From Candidatus Woesearchaeota archaeon (lineage in GTDB: Archaea > Nanobdellota > Nanobdellia > Woesearchaeales > UBA10216): a stretch of 64,000 nt of DNA. A program made the translations under genes and the position numbers. The notes under the pieces were generated by a model, which was not told the DNA's origin, searched no databases, and saw nothing but the letters and a program-made list of their open reading frames with translations. Positions 49,231-58,935 of the stretch are shown in pieces. Each line of letters starts with the position of its first letter. Within the stretch, counting starts at the first letter, position 1. The stretch is from assembly GCA_002688315.1 (NCBI GenBank), contig NZCN01000010.1, positions 7,756 through 71,755 of the forward strand, read 5' to 3'.

Positions 49231-50324
49231 TAACAATAGAAGACTTTAAACCAAGTGAGACTTACTTATTTTTAGAATCTAGCTATAAAAGAGATTTGTT
49301 AGAGGTTGCGATAGCAAAAGCAGGATCGCAAAGAAAACTTGGTACTATTTTAAAGTTGGATAAAGGGTGTGCTTATCAAACCAAAATTTCTACTTGGCTA
49401 CGGCAAAATAATCTCAGATTAGATTTGATACATGCTTTGCACAAATATTTAAGAAAGAAGTTAATAGTCGAAAAGATAAAAGGGCTAAAATCAGAAACAA
49501 CGGGAGGATTAATCACAAATATTAAATTCCCAGTAAGATTATCGCCGGAGTTAGCTAACATTCTTGCTAAATTATACTGTGATGGTTCTGTCACTAAGAG
49601 AAATAAATACACAACAATATATTATAATACGTGTCCGCAGCTTATATCTGAATATAAAGAAAAAATTGGTCATTGTTTTGGAAATTTAAAGTTCAGTGAG
49701 AGTAAGGGGCATGTGTATGCTGTTAGAGTGCCGAATATTATTGGGAAAGTACTATATAAGAAATTTAGGCTAGGTATGAATAGAATTCCTTCTCAAATTA
49801 TGTTAGCTGATAAAGAAATTAAAGCTGCTTACTTAAGGGCTGTTTTTGATGATGAAGGTAATGTCAATAAGATACACGGTCAAATAAGATTGAAAATGAA
49901 ATTTAAAACATTTCTTCAGGATGTAAAGCAATTGTTAGAGGAATTTAGTATAGAGACCTCACCGTTGGGGAAAGACTTTAGTGGTGCTGGACATTTGGCA
50001 TGGTATTTTGTTATTAGCGGTCAATATAACCTCAGAAAATTTTATAAAAGGATTGGGATTTCCCACCCAGACAAAAAGAAGAAACTTAGAAAGCGTCTCA
50101 GAAGCTACAAGCAAAATACATATGGTTATAAAGCAAGATTTGTTATACTTGATATATTAAGAAAAGGGGGAAGTAAAAGTGTGGAAGATTTGGCAAATAT
50201 TGCGGGAAGAGATAGAAGGACAATACAACATCATTTAAACAATCTAATTGAGTCAAAACTTGTTAAATTTACAAAAGTGAAAACTAAGTATTCTTTTAAA
50301 AATTGTTGGGCAAGCGTAAAATGA
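49227..50324 (+). CDS. LAGLIDADG homing endonuclease (two motifs) with N- and C-terminal HTH domains
   Basis: LANILAKLYCDG and AYLRAVFDDEG, F...IG..HPDK; no intein splice residues. Confidence 0.88.
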   Translation: MITIEDFKPSETYLFLESSYKRDLLEVAIAKAGSQRKLGTILKLDKGCAYQTKISTWLRQNNLRLDLIHALHKYLRKKLIVEKIKGLKSETTGGLITNIKFPVRLSPELANILAKLYCDGSVTKRNKYTTIYYNTCPQLISEYKEKIGHCFGNLKFSESKGHVYAVRVPNIIGKVLYKKFRLGMNRIPSQIMLADKEIKAAYLRAVFDDEGNVNKIHGQIRLKMKFKTFLQDVKQLLEEFSIETSPLGKDFSGAGHLAWYFVISGQYNLRKFYKRIGISHPDKKKKLRKRLRSYKQNTYGYKARFVILDILRKGGSKSVEDLANIAGRDRRTIQHHLNNLIESKLVKFTKVKTKYSFKNCWASVK

Positions 50325-52504
50325 GTTATACTTTAATAATAACCGAGAAACCGAAATCTGCACAAAAAATTGCAGAAGCTTTGGCAGATGGAAAGCCAAT
50401 AAAAAAAGGTGCAAAGGGAGTTTATTATTACGAGATAACTCATGGAGATAAAGATATAATAGTTGGATCTTCGGTAGGTCATTTATTTGGAATTGCAGAG
50501 AAAACTAAAAAGGGTATGAAATACCCTGTATTTGATGTTGAATGGCAGCCACTATACGAGATAAATAAAGGCGCTGCGTTTTCTAAGAAGTATTATGATA
50601 TGTTAAAAAAGCTAAGCAAGAATGCAGATGTGTTCGTAATCTCGACAGACTTTGATGTCGAGGGGAGCGTCATTGGAATGAACATAATTCGTTTCATCTG
50701 CAAACAGAAAGATGCTTATCGCATGAAATTCTCTACTTTGACCAAGCCTGAGCTCATCAACGCTTTTGAAAATGCGTCGCCCAACCTCGATTGGGGCCAA
50801 GCTGTAGCAGGAGAGACACGGCATCAATTAGATTTTATATATGGTGTGAATCTCAGCCGAGCATTAACTTCCTCAATAAAAAAAGCAGGGCTTTTTAAGA
50901 TACTCAGCATTGGAAGAGTGCAAGGCCCAACATTGAAGATTGTGGTTGAGAAAGAAAAAGAAATCTCTGCATTTAAACCTGTGCCTTTCTGGCAACTGGA
51001 AATAACAGGAAACGTAAAGAACGGAGTCATAACTGCACTGCATAAAACAGACAAGTTCTGGAAGAAAGATGAAGCAGGGAAGATTTACAAAAAAGTAAAA
51101 GGAAAAAACGGAGAAGTAAGCGAAGTAAAAAAACAGGAATTCCAGCAAAAAGCTCCTACCCCTTTTGATTTAACAACACTTCAAACAGAAGCTTACAGAT
51201 GCTTTGGAATAAGTCCGAAGATTACTCTTTCGGTTGCGCAAGACTTGTACACTTCTGGATTGATTTCTTACCCAAGAACATCTTCACAACAATTGCCTCC
51301 AGCAATAGAATATGAGAAGATTCTGAAACAATTGCAAAAGAACAGCGATTACAAAGATTTATGCAGCGAATTGTTAAAGAAAAAACTGCAGCCTAATAAC
51401 GGAAAGAAAACAGATCCTGCGCATCCTGCAATCTATCCGACAGGAGTTTCTGGGAAAGCACTCAAAGAGTTGAATCAAAAAATATACGACATTATAGCCA
51501 GAAGGTTTATGGCAACGTTTGCTGAAGCGGCGATAAGAGAAACAATGACAATAACTATTGAAGTGGAAGAAGAAAACTTTGTTTCAGCAGGAACAAGAAC
51601 AAAATATGAAGGCTGGCACAAATACTATGGGCCGTATGTAAAGCTGAAAGAGGAAGAATTGCCTGAAGTTAAGAAAGGAGAAAGCTTCAAGCAGAAAAAA
51701 CTGGACCTGCAGGAGAAAGAAACAAAACCGCCTGCAAGGTACACGCCTGCTTCTATTATAAAAGAGCTTGAGAAAAGAAATTTGGGAACAAAAGCAACAA
51801 GGGCTGAAGTGATAGACACTCTTTACAGGAGAGATTATGTTGTTGATAAAGCATTAACAGCAACTGATTTAGGAATAAAAACAGTGGAAACACTTGAAAA
51901 ATACGTTCCAAGAGTTGTTGATGAAGAATTAACAAAGCACTTTGAAGAAGAGATGGAGGAAATAAGACAGAAGAAAAAAGAAGAAGAAGTTGTGTTAAAA
52001 GAAGCTGAAAATCTTCTAACAGAAATACTTGGTAAATTCAAGAAAAAAGAAATGGATATTGGAAAGAATTTATTTGAAGCAACAAAAGCAAGTGAAGAAA
52101 AACTAAATACCATTGGAAAATGCATGAGCTGCGAAGGAATTTTAATGATGAAGCGCGGCAAGTTTGGAAAGTTTATTGCTTGCAGTAAATATCCGGATTG
52201 CAAAGTCACCTTTAAGCTTCCAAGCAACGGACTAATAAAAAATACAGAGGAAATATGTGATGACTGCAAGCATCCGAAAATAATGGTGATAAAAAAGAGA
52301 AAAAAACCGCAGATAGTTTGCATTAACCTTGACTGTCCTACAAAAGTAATTGAAAGTGATAAGGAAAACACAAAATGCGAGAAATGCAAGGAAGGAACAA
52401 TCGTCATACGAAAGAGTGTTTACGGACAGTTCTTAGCGTGCGATAATTTCCCAAAGTGCAGGAACATACTCAAAACAGAGAAAAAAGACGACGATAAATC
52501 ATAA
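50321..52504 (+). CDS. topA: DNA topoisomerase IA with Zn ribbons
   Basis: IITEKP, DFDVEG, SIGRVQ, ISYPRT, LGTKATR, C4 fingers. Confidence 0.97.
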   Translation: MSYTLIITEKPKSAQKIAEALADGKPIKKGAKGVYYYEITHGDKDIIVGSSVGHLFGIAEKTKKGMKYPVFDVEWQPLYEINKGAAFSKKYYDMLKKLSKNADVFVISTDFDVEGSVIGMNIIRFICKQKDAYRMKFSTLTKPELINAFENASPNLDWGQAVAGETRHQLDFIYGVNLSRALTSSIKKAGLFKILSIGRVQGPTLKIVVEKEKEISAFKPVPFWQLEITGNVKNGVITALHKTDKFWKKDEAGKIYKKVKGKNGEVSEVKKQEFQQKAPTPFDLTTLQTEAYRCFGISPKITLSVAQDLYTSGLISYPRTSSQQLPPAIEYEKILKQLQKNSDYKDLCSELLKKKLQPNNGKKTDPAHPAIYPTGVSGKALKELNQKIYDIIARRFMATFAEAAIRETMTITIEVEEENFVSAGTRTKYEGWHKYYGPYVKLKEEELPEVKKGESFKQKKLDLQEKETKPPARYTPASIIKELEKRNLGTKATRAEVIDTLYRRDYVVDKALTATDLGIKTVETLEKYVPRVVDEELTKHFEEEMEEIRQKKKEEEVVLKEAENLLTEILGKFKKKEMDIGKNLFEATKASEEKLNTIGKCMSCEGILMMKRGKFGKFIACSKYPDCKVTFKLPSNGLIKNTEEICDDCKHPKIMVIKKRKKPQIVCINLDCPTKVIESDKENTKCEKCKEGTIVIRKSVYGQFLACDNFPKCRNILKTEKKDDDKS

Positions 52505-53806
52505 CTCAATTGATTTTTCTTCTTTCAGCAACGTCGGGCTTGAGCCGCCATGCCATGTAATTCTTGGGCGGACTCTTATTGGGTAAAGTCTTTCGTTGGT
52601 ATCATCAAATAGTATTGCTGCGCCTTTAACATCAGGCAAATCCTGCAGTGTCTTGTCCAAGCCAGTTTTCATGTAAGTTTGCATCAAGTTACCAAGAGCA
52701 TCAACATCAATCTTTGCAGTAATATGGTGAGCTATTACAATGTCAGACTGAGTCATTACATCAGTGTGGATTTGTCCTGGTTGTTGGGAAGCAAGAACTA
52801 ACGATATTCCTGGCTGTCTGCCTTCTCTTAGAAGAGTTTGCAATGCGTCTGAAGCAGGAGTTGTTCCTTTTCTAGGAAGGAATTCATGAGCTTCATCAAC
52901 CATTATCCAAATTAACGGAACTTCTTTTGTTTCAGGCTCTTCACTCTGAACAAATCTTGTGAATGTCTTAACATCTCTATATTCTTCTGCTTTTCTTGCT
53001 TCCATTCTTTCTGAAAAAAGTTTCTTGCTAATTAAGCCAATAACCAAAGCGCGAACACTTGCTCTGTTAACAGCAGAAGCATAGCCGCTAACATCTATAA
53101 CTGTTATTTGCCCAGCAACAGCCAACTCAGAAAATGAAATTCCGTCTTTGCTAAATAACCCCCAGGATTTAGCTGTTATGAAAAGATTTTCAGCAGAAGC
53201 CTGCGTATAGTGGTCAGTTCTATCATCTGACTGAATAGCTGCAATGATGTCATCAATGTCAAAATCTTCTTTTAAGTTTGAGATTACTCTTCCAATTAAA
53301 GCACCGATAGGGCTTGTTAATTCAACATTAAAGGTAGAGCACCAGTCAGTTATAGACAGTTCAGAGGGTTTTATTGAAAAAGCTGCATCGACTGGAATGC
53401 CTTTCTCTTTAGCACTTTCAAAATGACCTAAAGGAACGTAAATTTTATTGTTGATATCAGAATGTTTAAAGCCCCATTCCCTTAGAAGGCTTTCATCTTT
53501 TTTATTTTCATATTTCATTGTCCAATAAATGCCCATAGTGTCAAACATTACAACTGAAAGTTTTGAAGTAACTTCTTCAGGCAAAGTCATCATGCCTTCT
53601 GCCATTGACATCATTGAATAACTTTTGCCACTACCACGCTTGCCAGTAACAAAAACAACGTGACTTCTAGCAACATCCATGAAAACATTGTTTGAAAGCG
53701 AGCTAGTTTGCCCCATTTTTACATAATGCTTTCCAAGCAAGAACATAGCTCTGGTTCCGAATTTTCTTTTATCCTCAGCATCCCTGCCAACTATTATCTC
53801 ATACAT
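52499..53806 (-). CDS. HerA/FtsK-like (DUF87) ATPase
   Basis: GKRGSGKS, VDEAH, REGR, ASQQP. Confidence 0.85.
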   Translation of the reverse strand: MYEIIVGRDAEDKRKFGTRAMFLLGKHYVKMGQTSSLSNNVFMDVARSHVVFVTGKRGSGKSYSMMSMAEGMMTLPEEVTSKLSVVMFDTMGIYWTMKYENKKDESLLREWGFKHSDINNKIYVPLGHFESAKEKGIPVDAAFSIKPSELSITDWCSTFNVELTSPIGALIGRVISNLKEDFDIDDIIAAIQSDDRTDHYTQASAENLFITAKSWGLFSKDGISFSELAVAGQITVIDVSGYASAVNRASVRALVIGLISKKLFSERMEARKAEEYRDVKTFTRFVQSEEPETKEVPLIWIMVDEAHEFLPRKGTTPASDALQTLLREGRQPGISLVLASQQPGQIHTDVMTQSDIVIAHHITAKIDVDALGNLMQTYMKTGLDKTLQDLPDVKGAAILFDDTNERLYPIRVRPRITWHGGSSPTLLKEEKSIEL

Positions 53807-53890
53807 TAAAGCAAAAGTTAATTGTTAGGTATAAATAGTTGTCGGTGAATACAAAAAAATATTTAAATAAGAGAAACAAGATTCTAAGTA

Positions 53891-54583
53891 ATGGAAAGCA
53901 AACTCGTGATATTTTTATTATTGAGTTCTATTATTTTATACGGTTGTAGTTCTAGTGGTTTATCTCAAAAAGAGGCAGAAGAGTTAGCCTTACAAGAATA
54001 TAAGAATGTCTTAGATGATGTATACGCTTCCACACTGGCTGATTCTGTAATTGCTGAAGCCAAAGATTCCTTAATTGTAGGAAGAGCTGATAAAAAAGAT
54101 GATGTATGGCATATTTATATTACTTCGCCAAGAGAAGGCTTTGAATCTAGTTTAGAAGTTGTAGTTTATTCTAGAGAAGATGTTCGAATTCCTGCGATTG
54201 AAAAAGCATCTGAGGAAATAAAAAAAATCATAGATGAAAGCCCTGAAGCATTTCTTCCTGAAAAATGTACTTTTTCTGTAGGGTTTAGTTGCATGGATTT
54301 TAGAGTTACTACGAGTACAGTAGATTTAGTAATCCAGCCTGGAATAGGCAAGGACATAACTATTTCTAAGGTAAGTTTTACAGGAGATGCTATTAGCGGG
54401 AAATGCCAAACAAGCCCTAATATAAAACTTAAAAATGGAGAAAGAGGAGTGATTAGCACAACTAACTGCAACATCAAGAAAGTTGATACTAAAGCTAAAA
54501 TTAATGTCGCTTTGGAGTACTACATTGATTCTCCTGAAAATACTAAAATAGTACAAGGGGAAATTCTCTCAAGAGTCGAGTAG
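53891..54583 (+). CDS. Putative lipoprotein with beta-rich C-terminal domain
   Basis: Signal peptide ending LYGC; LPEKC...GFSC.DF. Confidence 0.65.
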   Translation: MESKLVIFLLLSSIILYGCSSSGLSQKEAEELALQEYKNVLDDVYASTLADSVIAEAKDSLIVGRADKKDDVWHIYITSPREGFESSLEVVVYSREDVRIPAIEKASEEIKKIIDESPEAFLPEKCTFSVGFSCMDFRVTTSTVDLVIQPGIGKDITISKVSFTGDAISGKCQTSPNIKLKNGERGVISTTNCNIKKVDTKAKINVALEYYIDSPENTKIVQGEILSRVE

Positions 54584-54621
54584 CAAAAATATATAAAACA
54601 AGAATACTAAGCTTTTTCTTA

Positions 54622-54846
54622 ATGAATCAGGAAAAAATAAAGAAAGAAGCAAAAGCCTTAATGGATGAGTTTATGACTGCCATGAACACTGTTAAGGAGA
54701 AGGATGAAGAAGTAGGTATTGAAAGGGAAGATTCTACCAGAGAAGCAGAAAAGTGCGAGCTTACAGAAGGTTTTCCTGAAAGAATGATTAAAAATGCGCC
54801 TGCAAAGAAAGGCAGGCAAATAGTTGCTGAAAAGAAAAAATGGTAA
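54622..54846 (+). CDS. GatC-like small protein
   Basis: Short helical N-terminus, TRE, M..NAP, AEK. Confidence 0.55.
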   Translation: MNQEKIKKEAKALMDEFMTAMNTVKEKDEEVGIEREDSTREAEKCELTEGFPERMIKNAPAKKGRQIVAEKKKW

Positions 54847-55394
54847 TGAAGCTTGTTCTGATAAGCAGCAATAAACGCAAAATAGAGGAATTGAGTTTAC
54901 TCTTAAAGCCTGAGATTGAGGTTGAAATCATGGAGTTTGAGTATCCTGAGCTTAAGCTTGATGACCCGTGCGATATTTCGAAAGCTGCTGCTAAAATGCT
55001 TGCTGAAAAATTAAAGAAAAATGTATTGGTTGAAGATTCTGGATTTCATATAGATGCTTTGAAAGGTTTTCCAGGAATAATGACTAAGTTCACTCACAAC
55101 AGAATTGGAAATGAAGGGCTGCTTAAGTTGATGAAAGGAAAAAAGAACAGAAAAGGGTATTACAAATCTGCAATTGGGATATGCCGCCCTGGAAAACAAC
55201 CGTTATGTTTTCTTGGAATTGAAGAAGGAAGAGTTGCTAATAAAATGCGAGGCAATAAAGGCTGGGGGCAAGACCCTATTTTCATACCAAAAGGAAAAAA
55301 GAAAACTTACGGAGAGCTTGGTTATCCTGACGGTTTTCATCCTTTCAGAGCTAATGCTGTGAAACTTCTTAAAAAATATTTTCTAACCACCTGA
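54846..55394 (+). CDS. HAM1/RdgB non-canonical purine NTP pyrophosphatase
   Basis: SSN..K..E, VEDSG, L.GFPG, G.G.DPIF. Confidence 0.88.
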   Translation: MKLVLISSNKRKIEELSLLLKPEIEVEIMEFEYPELKLDDPCDISKAAAKMLAEKLKKNVLVEDSGFHIDALKGFPGIMTKFTHNRIGNEGLLKLMKGKKNRKGYYKSAIGICRPGKQPLCFLGIEEGRVANKMRGNKGWGQDPIFIPKGKKKTYGELGYPDGFHPFRANAVKLLKKYFLTT

Positions 55395-55577
55395 AATTAC
55401 AGAAAGTAGTTTAATTTCATCTTTATCTTTAAGATTTTCTTCTTCAGAAACAAGTTCGTTATTTTTTGCAATTATTACTGTCTCTGAGTTTACATTTAAT
55501 TTTTTTAGTAATTGCGATGCTGTTCCACTAAATTTTATTTTTCTTTTTTTATTATCTGCTTCTATGAAAACTTCCAT
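55383..55577 (-). CDS. Ubiquitin-like ThiS/MoaD (SAMP) protein
   Basis: 64 aa ending VISGG. Confidence 0.88.
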   Translation of the reverse strand: MEVFIEADNKKRKIKFSGTASQLLKKLNVNSETVIIAKNNELVSEEENLKDKDEIKLLSVISGG

Positions 55578-55578
55578 T

Positions 55579-55959
55579 TTACAACTCCACCTTAGTCATA
55601 TCTGTATAAGAACTTACTTCAGTATGAAATTCAAGAAAAACAGTGTCTTCTAACATCTCCATCTTATGGGCAATCATTGGATTAATCTTAACTTCAGTAT
55701 TTTCTGTTAGAATATGCTCTTCTTTTTCATTAGTATCAAGATTTTTCACAGTTAACTTAATTTTCCCAGTAACAAAGTATTGAATTTCAGGATTTCTTGT
55801 AGGATCTGCTCCAGTATGATAATGATTGCCAGAAACTGAACCTTTCTTTCTTTTAAGCATTAGAATTTCCTTCATTTTTTCATCTGCAACGTAAACAGAC
55901 ACAAAACCACGGGCATCCTCATGCTTAGGATTGTGTTTTATGATTTCAACGCCTTTCAT
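55579..55959 (-). CDS. Cupin protein (sugar isomerase-like)
   Basis: DARG, GNHYH, E, AH. Confidence 0.75.
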   Translation of the reverse strand: MKGVEIIKHNPKHEDARGFVSVYVADEKMKEILMLKRKKGSVSGNHYHTGADPTRNPEIQYFVTGKIKLTVKNLDTNEKEEHILTENTEVKINPMIAHKMEMLEDTVFLEFHTEVSSYTDMTKVEL

Positions 55960-56178
55960 AAGAAAAAAGAAGGTTTGATATTTTAAAAAAGTTCCCACTG
56001 GACACGAGAAATTGCTAATTTCTGGGCCCAATAACATACCATTAGACATTGGACATACACGGATAGAGTTTATAAAGAAGCGTTACTTTTATCATTTATA
56101 TACAAAAAAGTATGTTGAAAGTGATTAATGTAGTTAAAAATAGCGAAAAATTGAGGTTTCAAGGCTTGAAACCGCAAT

Positions 56179-56200
56179 TCTCCACAGGAAACAAAGGGGT
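56179..56200 (+). promoter_or_regulatory. Origin recognition box (ORB)-like element
   Basis: TCTCCACAGGAAACAAAGGGGT fits TCCA-N3-GAAAC plus G-string. Confidence 0.65.
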
Positions 56201-56280
56201 CATGATAACAAGGAAATACGCATTTAAAAACCGGTTTATTTATAAATGAACTAAAGATACCCTTTATAAAGGTGATTTAT

Positions 56281-56826
56281 ATGAAACACGATATAAGAGT
56301 TGTTAACATTGTTGTTAGTACTTCTTTGCAGCACGATATTCCTTTGGAAAAAATGGCTGCTACGCTATCTAACACAGAGTACAATCCAGAGCAGTTTCCT
56401 GGGCTTGTTATCAGGATAAAAGAGCCAAAGACTTCTGCACTAATTTTCAGTTCTGGAAAAGTAGTGTGCACAGGCGCTCGTTCCATGGACAAGGTCAATG
56501 AGAGCATAAAGAAAATAATAAAGAGCCTTGAAAAAATTGGAATAAAAATCAAGATAAAGCCAGAAGTTAAAATCCAAAACATAGTTGCTTCGGGGACTGT
56601 GGGCATGGACTTGAATCTGAATACTTTGGCAATGAAGCTTCGCAACACAGAGTACGAACCAGAACAATTTCCAGGACTAGTGTACAAACTTGTTGATGGT
56701 GCAACAAAAGCAACATTCCTGTTGTTTAGCAACGGCAAAGTGGTTTGCACAGGAACAAAGAGCGAAAAAGAAGTGCACTCTGCCCTAGCAAAACTTATAG
56801 CAAATCTAAAGACAGTTAAGAAGTGA
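56281..56826 (+). CDS. tbp: TATA-box-binding protein
   Basis: Two repeats of NIV, Y.PEQFPGL, F..GKVVCTG. Confidence 0.98.
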   Translation: MKHDIRVVNIVVSTSLQHDIPLEKMAATLSNTEYNPEQFPGLVIRIKEPKTSALIFSSGKVVCTGARSMDKVNESIKKIIKSLEKIGIKIKIKPEVKIQNIVASGTVGMDLNLNTLAMKLRNTEYEPEQFPGLVYKLVDGATKATFLLFSNGKVVCTGTKSEKEVHSALAKLIANLKTVKK

Positions 56827-56872
56827 TTTTTTATTGTATTTTAATCGTCTATCTTGACTGTAGTGGCTAAAA

Positions 56873-58891
56873 ATGGATGTTTCCGAGCAAATAAAGAGAT
56901 TTGAAGAGTTCTTTGATCAATTCTATAAGAAACAGCTACTGGTATCAATAGGAAAAGGAAATAATTTCGCTGTTGTAAATTTCAAAGACATTCTTTCTTT
57001 TGACACTAAACTTGCAGAAGAACTTCTTGAGAATCCAGAAGAAATCATTAAAGCAGCTGAAGCTGCTTTAGAGTCGCTTGACCTTCCTTCTGACATAAAA
57101 AATTTCAGAATACGGTTTAAAGACATTACTGAAACACAGAAAATAATGGTAAGCGACATAAGAAGCGCACACATAGGCAAGCTTATCAGTATCAGCGGAA
57201 TTGTAAGGCAAAAATCTGATGTTAGGCCGCAAGTGACATCTTCAAGATTTGAATGTCCGAACTGCGGGAATGTTATTTCTGTATTGCAACTGGAAAATTC
57301 TTTTAGAGAGCCAGACAAATGCGGCTGCGGAAGAAAAGGCAAGTTCAAGCCGATAAGCAAGGAACTAGTTGATGCACAGGCAATGGTTCTTGAAGAATCT
57401 CCTGACGAACTTGAAGGAGGAGAACAACCAAAGCGATTAAATGTTTTCTTAAAAGAAGATTTAGTAAGCCCGATAACAGACAAGCGCACAAATCCTGGAA
57501 GCAGAGTTATTGTAGTGGGAGTTTTAAAAGAAATTCCTGTTTTTGTAAAAGGAACTAAAAGCACAAGATTTGATTTGGTGCTTGAAGCTAATCACTCCGA
57601 AGCATTGGAAGAAGATTTCTATCAAATAGAAATATCAAAGGAAGAAGAAAAAGAAATACTTGAACTTTCTCAAGACCCGGAAGTTTATGAAAAGCTTGTG
57701 AAGTCGATAGTGCCTTCAATTCATGGTTATGACAGAATTAAGGAAGCTCTTCTGCTGCAATTACTTGGCGGAGTTCATAAAAAAAGGAATGATGGTGGAA
57801 TTTCGAGAGGAGACTGCCATATGTTATTGGTTGGAGATCCAGGAGCAGGTAAATCAGCTATTCTCAAAAGAATAACCCAAATAGCTCCAAAAGGCAGATA
57901 TGTTGCAGGAATGAGCTCTTCCAGAGCAGGACTTACTGCAGCTGTTGTAAAAGACGAATTTCTCGGAGGGTGGAGCTTAGAAGCAGGAGCACTTGTCCTA
58001 AGCAATAACGGACTAGTTGCAATAGATGAAATGGATAAAATGGGAGATGAAGACAGGTCGGCAATGCACGAAGCACTTGAGCAGCAAACTATTAGCGTAG
58101 CAAAAGCTAATATTCAAGCAACATTATCTGCAAAAACAACTGTGCTGGCTGCAGCAAACCCGAAATTCGGAAGGTTTGACCCTCATGGAATAATGGCAGA
58201 GCAGATAGACTTGCCTCCAACACTTATCAACAGGTTTGACTTAATATTTCCGATAAAAGATATTCCAGATCCTGATAATGATGAACGGCTTGCAAAACAC
58301 ATACTACAGCTCCAACAAAACCCTGAAAAGCTGGAACAGGAAATATCATCTGAATTATTAAAAAAATACATTGCTTATGCCAGACAAAACGTGTTTCCTG
58401 CACTTACGGAATCTGCATTCAATGAAATAAAAGATTTTTACGTTCAAATGAGGAATCGTGAAAGCACAGATGACAGGGCTGCACGCTCAATACCAATATC
58501 AGCAAGGCAACTGGAAGCCTTGGTAAGACTTGCAGAAGCCCATGCAAGAGTAAGATTCTCAGACAAAGTTACAAAAAAAGACGCAAGAAAAGCAATAGAA
58601 CTTCTTACGTACTGCCTGCTGCAAGTAGGCTTAGACAGGGAAACAGGAAAAATAGACATAGACAGAATAGCAACAGGAATAGGAGCATCCCAACGCGAAA
58701 GAATCTATCTTATAAGAGAAATAATGCAGGAACTTGAAGAACAAGTTGGAAAAACAATCCCGCTCGAAGACATTCAAAAACTAGCGCAAGAAAAAGGAAT
58801 GAGCGCATCTGACGTAGAAGAAAACATAGAAAAACTCAAACGCTCAGGAGACGTATTCGAGCCAAGGTTTGGGTTCTTGTCAAGAGTTTGA
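56873..58891 (+). CDS. mcm: MCM replicative helicase
   Basis: Zn finger, GDPGAGKS, IDEMDKM, NRFD, RQLE; no intein. Confidence 0.98.
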   Translation: MDVSEQIKRFEEFFDQFYKKQLLVSIGKGNNFAVVNFKDILSFDTKLAEELLENPEEIIKAAEAALESLDLPSDIKNFRIRFKDITETQKIMVSDIRSAHIGKLISISGIVRQKSDVRPQVTSSRFECPNCGNVISVLQLENSFREPDKCGCGRKGKFKPISKELVDAQAMVLEESPDELEGGEQPKRLNVFLKEDLVSPITDKRTNPGSRVIVVGVLKEIPVFVKGTKSTRFDLVLEANHSEALEEDFYQIEISKEEEKEILELSQDPEVYEKLVKSIVPSIHGYDRIKEALLLQLLGGVHKKRNDGGISRGDCHMLLVGDPGAGKSAILKRITQIAPKGRYVAGMSSSRAGLTAAVVKDEFLGGWSLEAGALVLSNNGLVAIDEMDKMGDEDRSAMHEALEQQTISVAKANIQATLSAKTTVLAAANPKFGRFDPHGIMAEQIDLPPTLINRFDLIFPIKDIPDPDNDERLAKHILQLQQNPEKLEQEISSELLKKYIAYARQNVFPALTESAFNEIKDFYVQMRNRESTDDRAARSIPISARQLEALVRLAEAHARVRFSDKVTKKDARKAIELLTYCLLQVGLDRETGKIDIDRIATGIGASQRERIYLIREIMQELEEQVGKTIPLEDIQKLAQEKGMSASDVEENIEKLKRSGDVFEPRFGFLSRV

Positions 58892-58935
58892 TTCAACACC
58901 AAACCTTTAAAAACCCGTTACTGTTTCTTTTTAAT

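Larger units (their letters stand above)
48983..50360 (+). mobile_element. Free-standing HTH + LAGLIDADG cassette inserted at the topA 5' end (right boundary approximate)
   Basis: Flanked by duplicated AAACCGAAATCT; own TATA box and palindrome; coupled ORFs. Confidence 0.75.

Noticed and set aside
49227..50324. Intein or self-splicing intron in topA
   Set aside because: No Cys/HN splice residues, separate frames with stops, no intron core seen, and topA has its own full start.
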